Shown piece after piece: positions 56,907 through 64,000 of a DNA stretch of 64,000 nt (positions are counted from its first letter, which is position 1; every line of letters begins with the position of its first letter). The stretch lies in assembly GCA_021513695.1 (NCBI GenBank), contig CP084166.1, positions 544,001-608,000 on the forward strand, in the 5' to 3' direction. The position numbers and the translations under genes are program-made. The notes beneath the pieces are model-generated. The model was not told where the DNA came from, made no database searches, and was given only the letters and a program-made list of their open reading frames with translations. The stretch comes from Candidatus Heimdallarchaeum aukensis. Lineage in GTDB: Archaea; Asgardarchaeota; Heimdallarchaeia; Heimdallarchaeales; Heimdallarchaeaceae.

Positions 56907-58205
56907 TTGCTTGTTATGACTACTTCAGAAGAGTCAATACCAAGTGATAAATTTCTGAACTTAGAAAAAAATAAGATAGTAGAGGGAGAGATATTAAAAG
57001 AAACGGATAAGGAAAAAATAACACTAACTCCTAAAACAGGAAAAACAAGAAGTAAATTTGAATTGTATTTCTTTAGTACAGAAGTAATACTTATGATCGC
57101 GGGTATTGTTATTCTAATTTTAGTTTCAATTAGTCCTTGGCTTTTCTTTGAACACAATTTAATAATAAATAGAGATGAGTATGGAACAGTAATCAGCACA
57201 AGTATGTATATTGGAGATTTATCCCCATTGGCATTAGGATTAACTACTGTTTGCTTGATGTTTCCTTTATTAAACAACTATTTGTACATTTTTGTATTAG
57301 AAAGTGAAAAAAGATTAAAAGCTTATATTATACGATCTGCTACAAATGCAATAGCTTTAGCAGTAATGCTTGCTGTAAAAGCAAATGGAATTTATTTTAA
57401 AAGCAATTATTCACAGGCAGTTTTTTTTGCAATTTATACACTTTTTGGAAACTTTTACTTGAGAACAGCCTTATTGTTTACAAGAAAAAAATCAAAGAGT
57501 ATCTTATTCAGCAGAATAGAATCAGCTTCTCCAGCAGAAATAGAATGGAAAAAATACAACAAAATTTCAGGTTATCTAGCAGTAATATTAGGAATATTCA
57601 TGCTGCAGTTTATTTGGTTAATATACCATCTCATAATTAGACCTGCAAAAATAAACAAAACAAAGGATCAACTAATCATTGAATTTTTGGATTTTGGCCA
57701 AGAAGTAAACTGTAGTAAAATAGCCTTAGAGCTCGCCATTTCGCTTGAAGAAGTAATTTATAGAATAAAAAAGCTAGTATTTAAAGAACAAATCTCTGGA
57801 GAGTTTTCACGTTATGGTTTTATTTTACATGAGATAAAAAATCCAAAATGGTTCTCAAATAAAGTATCCGAGAAATACGAAGCATTTATTCTGACAGTGA
57901 AAATGTCAGAAAAAGAAAAGCATGTTAACAGATTCTTTGATATAGCGGAAAGAAAGAAGATTAGTGTTAATGAATTTAGAAGAATATTTAAGATCAAAGA
58001 TGATTATATCATAAGTGATTTTGTTCTATTACTACCTCCCCATACTGTTAAATTGAGAAAAAACATTGTATTAGGAAAGCAATTCCTTTTATTTAACTAT
58101 GATTTGATCTTGATGAAAAGAAAGCAAATCAAAGAAAGTTTGCTTTACCACTTTGACGAAGTATTTAACCTAAAGATTACTGAAAAGGTAAAAACAAAAA
58201 AATAA
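56907..58205 (+). CDS. Hypothetical membrane protein (432 aa) with a C-terminal soluble region
   Basis: About 6 hydrophobic helices and no recognisable motif. Confidence 0.45.
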   Translation: MLVMTTSEESIPSDKFLNLEKNKIVEGEILKETDKEKITLTPKTGKTRSKFELYFFSTEVILMIAGIVILILVSISPWLFFEHNLIINRDEYGTVISTSMYIGDLSPLALGLTTVCLMFPLLNNYLYIFVLESEKRLKAYIIRSATNAIALAVMLAVKANGIYFKSNYSQAVFFAIYTLFGNFYLRTALLFTRKKSKSILFSRIESASPAEIEWKKYNKISGYLAVILGIFMLQFIWLIYHLIIRPAKINKTKDQLIIEFLDFGQEVNCSKIALELAISLEEVIYRIKKLVFKEQISGEFSRYGFILHEIKNPKWFSNKVSEKYEAFILTVKMSEKEKHVNRFFDIAERKKISVNEFRRIFKIKDDYIISDFVLLLPPHTVKLRKNIVLGKQFLLFNYDLILMKRKQIKESLLYHFDEVFNLKITEKVKTKK

Positions 58206-58355
58206 ACTACTTATCTATTATACATTTTTTCTTTTTCGATCTTCTTTTTGCTTTTTATTTTTTCATAGAAATTTGTATTCTGAGTCTTTTTTAAAAGAAA
58301 CAATTTTTAGATTTTTTAGATAAAATTTATTTAGTAGCATTACATTTGGATTTTT

Positions 58356-59426
58356 ATGATATGGCTTTCTTTATCTTATTCAATTTTTTCTTTAATAATT
58401 TTAACAATGTTTCTGATTGTTATTATTATAAAACAACTTGAACTTCGATGTACAGCAGTTTATTTTCTAATCATGATCATTGTATCTATTATTGGATGGA
58501 TAGTTGGAGATATGTTACAGATCATTTTTAGCAGCTTGGAAAATAAAGAATTGGTTCTCCTATTTTCACGAATAGCTACTATAAGTAGCATGATTGCAAT
58601 GATTAGCACAGTCTTATTTGCTAGAGTTCTAACTGCTCGTCAAACTTTGAATTCAACAATCGTAATTATTGCTTTCATGTTGTTTAGTGCTGTCGTTGCT
58701 CTCACTTTAAGTTCTAGTTATAAAGTAATTGATCCACCTAAAGATGTAGAATTTTACAAGACCGAAGCAGAACTCTTATGGGTAATTTTTGATGGAGTTT
58801 TGGTAATATTTGCTGGTTCTGTTTTCCTTTACTATCTTATTCGACAAAGAAAAATTGTACAAAAAAGATACTTACCTGTTTTAACTTTAATGAGCGTAGG
58901 AGTCATAATCGCTTTCTTTGTTAGCACTATCCTTTACACAATTTATGCGATATGGTTTATTGTTCCTTTATTACATTTAGAACTGGTAAGCGCTAGTTTA
59001 GGCGCAATAATAATAGGAATAGCAATGATCAAAGGAGGAAAAGAAGCAATTTACTATTCATCAAGAGTTTTCTCATTACATATTTTTGATGAAGTAGGAA
59101 TAAGCTATTATGCTAGTGTTTTTCAAGCAGGATATATAGTTGATGAGCAATTAATCTCAGGAGTAGCATCAGCTATTATAAGTTTTGCAAAAGAACTAAT
59201 CGGAAAAGAGGTTTTTCCACGAGAAATAGATCTTGACGATTACTCATTATTACTAGCTAAAAAAGACAATATAATTATTCTAATAAGCGTGGAATATCCT
59301 ACTGCACATCTAAGACAGACGATGAACAATATTATTGAAAAATTCAGTATGGATATGAGTGAAGAGGAAATAGGAAATCTTGTTGAAAACTATATATGCT
59401 TTGAACCAAGAAAACTAGTCCACTAA
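58356..59426 (+). CDS. Polytopic membrane protein (356 aa) with a C-terminal soluble domain
   Basis: About 7 TM helices. Confidence 0.45.
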   Translation: MIWLSLSYSIFSLIILTMFLIVIIIKQLELRCTAVYFLIMIIVSIIGWIVGDMLQIIFSSLENKELVLLFSRIATISSMIAMISTVLFARVLTARQTLNSTIVIIAFMLFSAVVALTLSSSYKVIDPPKDVEFYKTEAELLWVIFDGVLVIFAGSVFLYYLIRQRKIVQKRYLPVLTLMSVGVIIAFFVSTILYTIYAIWFIVPLLHLELVSASLGAIIIGIAMIKGGKEAIYYSSRVFSLHIFDEVGISYYASVFQAGYIVDEQLISGVASAIISFAKELIGKEVFPREIDLDDYSLLLAKKDNIIILISVEYPTAHLRQTMNNIIEKFSMDMSEEEIGNLVENYICFEPRKLVH

Positions 59427-59634
59427 TTCTTTCTTTTTTCATTTTTTGCCTAATTTTCGTAAATTTTTATAAGAAAAGCAAGTAAAAATTCTTTAAGCTC
59501 CAATTATTTGTAAAAAATGAGAAAAAAAGAGAATATTAGAGATAAATTCTTAAAAAGGCAAAAATTGAGACAACAATAAAAAAGAAGTTTTAGCATAACA
59601 AGAAAAAGAATCAAATTGAGAGAGAGGTAAAGTA

Positions 59635-60102
59635 ATGAAAAATTACTCAAAATTAATTAAATTTTCTACAGTAATAGCACTACTAGGATTCTTAGTTTCA
59701 CTTTTTCTTTTGTATTCTGAACTAACAAATTCATTTTATTGCGTAATTGAAAAACAATTTTTTGACTGTGCAGAAGTAAATAGAAGCTCTTATGCTACTA
59801 TTCTTGGAATACCAATAAGTCTTATGGGAGCTGTTTACTACTTATTTATTATTATAACTGCAATAATGATAACTAAACAGGTAAAAGAAAAGCTCTTACT
59901 TGATATTTTACTTCCTGTAACTACAACTGCTGGGTTAATTTTCTCTGTCTATTTGACTTTAATAGAAGCATTGGTAATAAAAAAATTCTGTGAATATTGT
60001 TTAACATCAGCAATTTGTAGCCTTATCTTGGCTTTAATTTACTTAATAAGACCTATTGCTAAACTAAAAAAATTCACAGCTAGAAAGGTAAATACAAGCT
60101 AA
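59635..60102 (+). CDS. VKOR-like (vitamin K epoxide reductase family) membrane thiol oxidoreductase
   Basis: Loop cysteines (YCVIEKQFFDC) plus a TM CxxC (CEYC) across 4 TM helices. Confidence 0.55.
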   Translation: MKNYSKLIKFSTVIALLGFLVSLFLLYSELTNSFYCVIEKQFFDCAEVNRSSYATILGIPISLMGAVYYLFIIITAIMITKQVKEKLLLDILLPVTTTAGLIFSVYLTLIEALVIKKFCEYCLTSAICSLILALIYLIRPIAKLKKFTARKVNTS

Positions 60103-60160
60103 AGTTAATCTAATCGAAATAATCAAAAACTTAAAATAGGCTAAAATTTTTTATTTATAT

Positions 60161-60200
60161 GGCTGAAGCAATAATATATTTTTGTATTTCCGCTTCAGCC
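60161..60200. terminator. 9-bp-stem hairpin (ggctgaagc ... gcttcagcc) between convergent genes
   Basis: Inverted repeat read directly. It is followed by ctccctccctc and lies between the gene ends at 60102 and 60314. Confidence 0.25.
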
Positions 60201-60313
60201 CTCCCTCCCTCAATTTTGCATATTAATAATTAAATTCTCAAATTTTTTGAACATTCAAAATTAAAAAAAGTTAAGGAACTGTTTGTGATAAAAAAAGAAA
60301 AAATGTAGTTAGT

Positions 60314-62413
60314 TTATAGTAAAGGAATTAATCCTGCTCCACCGTTAATGAGCATTAGTAATCCCATAAAGATGGATGAGGTTAGACTCATTACTACTAG
60401 TAAAGTGTTTATTGATGGTCCTGCTGTATCTTTGAATGGATCTCCTACAGTATCTCCAGTTATTGCTGCTTTATGAGTTTGTGTTCCTTTTCCTCCTAGG
60501 TTTCCATCTTCTATCCATTTCTTTGCGTTATCCCAAGCTCCTCCTGCATTACTCATGAATATAGCAAACACGAAACCAGAGAGTATTGACCCTGCTAGAA
60601 ATGCACCTAAGGAAGCTACTCCGAAGAATATTCCTACAAGTAGTGGTAACATAATTGATATTATACTTGGTAGTATTAACTGTTTTAATGATCCTTTTGT
60701 AGCAATTGCGATTGTTTTTGAGAAATCTGCAGGTTCTTCTCCTGTTAGAATCTTTGGATTTTCTTTGAACTGTCTTCTTATCTCATCAACCATCTTTGCT
60801 GCGTTCTTCTGTACTCCTAAAATCAGTACTGCACTAAATAATGCTGGAGCCATAACTCCAAAGAATGCGCCTATTAACACATTTACTGATAGCAAGTTTA
60901 TTCCACTTTCTACTATTCCAGCTTCTTGAGCATATGAGAACATTAGTGCTACTACAGCTAGATTTGCAGCTCCTATTGCAAAACCTTTAGTAATTGCTTT
61001 GGCTGTGTTTCCTGCAGAGTCTAATCTATCAGCAATGCGAATAGTTTCTTCTCCTAAACCACCTTGTTCAGCGATAGCTCTTGAATTGTCTACAATTGGG
61101 CCATAGGCATCATTTGAAACAATGGTTCCTACAATAGCCAACATTCCTACTGCAGCCATTGCTACTCCAAATTGTGCATCAAGTAAGTAAGCTAAGAACA
61201 TAGCGATAATTATACCTACTCCTGGAGGCACAACGCTTATAAGTCCATAGGAAAATCCAGAAAGGATTACTAGTGCATCTCCCTCTTCAGCTGCTTTAGC
61301 AATGTTTCTTGTTGGAGGAAGATCATCTCTAGTAAAGTAGTCACTTGTCCAACCAATGACAATTCCGCTAGCAAGACCTAGTATAACAGCAAGATAGTTT
61401 CTCCACAGGCGACTAATATCTTCTTGAGTTAAGGAATTGTTCAAAGTCATAAGCCAGACAATAAATGCACCTAAAGCTGCAAATATCAAAGTAGCTAAAT
61501 AAGTTCCAAGGTTTAGAGAACGTCCAGGGTTATCAGAACTTATTATTTTGATAATGAAAATACCAATTAATGAAGCGATGAGTCCAATTCCTGAAAGCAC
61601 GAGAGGATAGACAATAAAAGTTTCTTTAGCAGCAGACAGAATAAGAGAATTAGCTAAAATCATAGCGGCAACAATGGAAGCTACATAAGAGTCAAATAGA
61701 TCAGAACCCATTCCAGCTAGATCTCCGACGTTATCTCCTACATTATCTGCAATTGTAGCAGGATTTCTTACATCGTCTTCAGGTAAGTCGAATTCACTCT
61801 TACCAACTAAATCTGCACCTACATCAGCTGTTTTAGTATATATTCCTCCACCACATTTCATGAACAGTGCAATTGTACTAGCTCCAAAACTGAACCCTAG
61901 TACCACATATGGTGATTGGAATATCCAGTACAATCCTGAAACACCTATTAGTGCAGCACCTACTACTGCTAAACCCATTACAGCTCCTCCGAAGAAAGCA
62001 ATGTCAAAACCTTTCTTTGTTCCTACAGTACAACCTTGTGCAGCTCTTGTATTTGCTTTTACTCCAACCATCATTCCTAACCAACCAGCAATCATACTTG
62101 CTGCTGAACCTATGAGATAAGATATAGCTTGCTCCCAGTTTAGATCTCCAGCAACAACAGGAACTTTATATTCTGTCATTTCAGAAGGTAAGAATAGTAG
62201 AATTACTAAGAATAGTATGAATACAAAGATGCTAAGCACTGTGTATTGAACCTTCAAGTAAGTTTCTGCCCCTTTTTCTATATAACCTGAAACTTCTTGC
62301 ATTTTTTCATTTCCAGGGTCTTCTTTCATGACTAAGAATGCGAAGAAAACCGCCATTCCTATCGAAATTACCCCTGCTATTAGCGATACAAGTAAAATTA
62401 ACGGTACAGCCAT
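60314..62413 (-). CDS. hppA: Membrane-bound proton-translocating pyrophosphatase (H+-PPase)
   Basis: 699 aa with GGIYTKTADVGADLVGK and DNVGDNVGD signatures. Confidence 0.9.
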   Translation of the reverse strand: MAVPLILLVSLIAGVISIGMAVFFAFLVMKEDPGNEKMQEVSGYIEKGAETYLKVQYTVLSIFVFILFLVILLFLPSEMTEYKVPVVAGDLNWEQAISYLIGSAASMIAGWLGMMVGVKANTRAAQGCTVGTKKGFDIAFFGGAVMGLAVVGAALIGVSGLYWIFQSPYVVLGFSFGASTIALFMKCGGGIYTKTADVGADLVGKSEFDLPEDDVRNPATIADNVGDNVGDLAGMGSDLFDSYVASIVAAMILANSLILSAAKETFIVYPLVLSGIGLIASLIGIFIIKIISSDNPGRSLNLGTYLATLIFAALGAFIVWLMTLNNSLTQEDISRLWRNYLAVILGLASGIVIGWTSDYFTRDDLPPTRNIAKAAEEGDALVILSGFSYGLISVVPPGVGIIIAMFLAYLLDAQFGVAMAAVGMLAIVGTIVSNDAYGPIVDNSRAIAEQGGLGEETIRIADRLDSAGNTAKAITKGFAIGAANLAVVALMFSYAQEAGIVESGINLLSVNVLIGAFFGVMAPALFSAVLILGVQKNAAKMVDEIRRQFKENPKILTGEEPADFSKTIAIATKGSLKQLILPSIISIMLPLLVGIFFGVASLGAFLAGSILSGFVFAIFMSNAGGAWDNAKKWIEDGNLGGKGTQTHKAAITGDTVGDPFKDTAGPSINTLLVVMSLTSSIFMGLLMLINGGAGLIPLL

Positions 62414-62577
62414 TTTTTATACTCCTATTTTTTTCTTCTTTTCCGTATCATACACCCGTATTTAAAATTTGTGCAAATAAAAATTAATATGATTAACAGT
62501 TTTTTTAATAAAATAATTCATGTTAAATGGTTCAAAGATGAAGAAAAAAAGCGTTTAGGATATATGAAAAGAAAAAA

Positions 62578-63834
62578 TCATTTTAGTTTTTTCTTTAACT
62601 CTCTTACAAATAAAAATACAGTTAATACTGTAGCCCCCAAGGCAAGTAAAAACAAATAAATTAAAGTTATCTCAAATGGAGAATTATCTAGAAAATATCC
62701 AAAAGACCAAGGAAATACGGCTGCTAAAGTATTAGGTATTGCAAACAAGAAACCAAGTGCCGTTGATCTATTCCTTTGATGTACTTCTTCTGTTACATAT
62801 TTTGTACTTGCTGCACTACTAAAGTGTAAAAAGGCTATAAAAGTAAAGTACAACATTATTATTCCCCATGTACCAGCATTTTTTCCTAATAGAAAAATAA
62901 GTAAAATCGATACTGATGAACCTGCTAAAGAGATTAACATTGTTAAAGGAGCGTTCTTTTTATCACTTAATATTCCTCCAAAAATTGCAGTTAAACCTCC
63001 AATAATTAGCATAACAGAAGATAACCATCCAGCATTTAGAATACTATAATTGTAATAATCCACAAATATTATGCTTAGAAATTGTGTAACTATTTTATAC
63101 AACCCTGATCTGAGTGAGGAATAAGCTAAACATGTAATCACTGCTAATGTAAGTACTGCAAAGAACTCAAATTTTAGCCAATAAAGAATTCTTTCTTTTG
63201 TTGATAACGAACTTCTTCTCTTCTCAATTTCTTCTAGTTCTTCTTTTTCAAAACTGTAATTAATTAATTTATTAAATCCTATAAACATCAGAAAAGCTAA
63301 AACAATTGCTCCTGTTCCAAAAAAGAGAAAGAATTTCCTCCATCCAATCCATTCACTAAATGAAGCTACTATTCCTGGGGTAAGTGCTGTTCCTATCATT
63401 CCTAATGCTGCATTTAGAGCCATTGTCAATCCTTTTTTATTCTCATAAAGATCAGCTATTGCTGCATAAGCTACAGGATGATAAAATGATGCACCAAAAC
63501 CTACAGTTGCTGCTGCAAGAGCTAATGTAGAATAGTTTTGAGCTACTGAAGCTATTATTAGATGTAAAGCCATGAAAAATACACCTAAAGGAACAAACAG
63601 TTTTTTACTTGCTAGCCATTTATCGCCTAGTACTCCTACAGCAAAAGTACAAAGTGCAAAAACTACCATCTGAATAGTTGCCAACAAACCAATTTGTTTA
63701 TTGTTCATTACTATATCATTTCTTATGACAAACATTGCTGCTCCAAATACATAAGCATAGAAATGGTTTAGGAAATGACCAAAAATCAAGATACTTAATG
63801 AAGCAATAGGATTTTTACTGTGTATCCGCGACAT
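62578..63834 (-). CDS. MFS transporter
   Basis: 418 aa with 12 predicted TM helices and an MFS-like loop (GVLGDKWLASKK). Confidence 0.75.
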   Translation of the reverse strand: MSRIHSKNPIASLSILIFGHFLNHFYAYVFGAAMFVIRNDIVMNNKQIGLLATIQMVVFALCTFAVGVLGDKWLASKKLFVPLGVFFMALHLIIASVAQNYSTLALAAATVGFGASFYHPVAYAAIADLYENKKGLTMALNAALGMIGTALTPGIVASFSEWIGWRKFFLFFGTGAIVLAFLMFIGFNKLINYSFEKEELEEIEKRRSSLSTKERILYWLKFEFFAVLTLAVITCLAYSSLRSGLYKIVTQFLSIIFVDYYNYSILNAGWLSSVMLIIGGLTAIFGGILSDKKNAPLTMLISLAGSSVSILLIFLLGKNAGTWGIIMLYFTFIAFLHFSSAASTKYVTEEVHQRNRSTALGFLFAIPNTLAAVFPWSFGYFLDNSPFEITLIYLFLLALGATVLTVFLFVRELKKKLK

Positions 63835-64000
63835 TCTATCTCTTCCACTACTTTTGATGTTAATTTTTGAATATTATTTTTAAACTTTTTTTTGAACGAA
63901 GTTTCCTAGATAAAAAAATTTAAACATGCAAAGAAGAGAATATATTAGAAACAATTGATTAACTACGATATTGGTTGAACTCCATGACAGAAAAACAGTT

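Noticed and set aside
1-64000. Search for tRNA, rRNA and CRISPR arrays
   Set aside because: No GC-rich ~75-nt cloverleaf candidates, rRNA-like conserved stretches or spacer-repeat arrays were found in the intergenic regions. The only notable direct repeats are the operator-like palindromes at 56017-56070 and the in-gene TSP3 repeats.

Overview
This is an AT-rich (~30% GC) window that looks archaeal. Supporting signs are Shine-Dalgarno-led genes, F420/LLM-type oxidoreductase, H+-pyrophosphatase, complex-I/Ehr-like subunits, PbH1 beta-helix 'adhesin-like' proteins and archaeal IS6/IS5/IS481-type insertion sequences. Lineage cannot be fixed from sequence alone: a low-GC methanogen-like or Asgard-like archaeon are both possible. 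No rRNA, tRNA or CRISPR array was seen.

The left third (5.3-14 kb) holds a tandem, same-strand family of very large receptor-like membrane proteins. Each has a signal anchor, a parallel beta-helix domain, near-identical thrombospondin-type-3-like Ca-binding repeats (DxDxDGxxDxxE), one TM helix, and a long cytoplasmic coiled-coil region ending in a conserved ~90-aa module with the tail ...KQFSEWE(R/K)(K/T)GKGKK. One member is a pseudogene, and an orphan copy of the C-terminal module lies directly 3' of gene A.

Upstream of this family, a DUF2207-like membrane protein ends in a (Cys-Ala)6 tail encoded by a hexanucleotide repeat. It is translationally coupled to a radical-SAM/SPASM enzyme carrying an N-terminal PqqD-like RiPP-recognition element.

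The 12-20.6 kb stretch is an insertion-sequence-rich decay zone containing an IS481-like transposase, a degenerate IS6 copy with a 9-bp target-site duplication, an IS5-like element with 17-bp terminal inverted repeats, and a frameshifted iron-sulfur flavoprotein gene.

The 24-34 kb region is a mosaic surface-protein island. It contains an FG-GAP/PQQ propeller plus TSP3 receptor-like protein, two caspase-fold peptidases, more beta-helix paralogs, a segmental duplication and toxin-antitoxin-like fragments.

At 36-41 kb a type I restriction-modification locus (hsdR intact) has its hsdS gene decapitated by an intact IS6 copy, and no hsdM is present.

At 41.5-44 kb sits a compact NuoB-NuoC-NuoD-ferredoxin (Ehr-like, Ni-site-less) module with no membrane subunits.

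The right part of the window is mostly housekeeping or accessory metabolism: MMPL exporter with TetR regulator, M20 peptidase, cupin, methyltransferase, AhpD-like protein, DAK2-domain protein, VKOR-like protein, H+-PPase and an MFS transporter.
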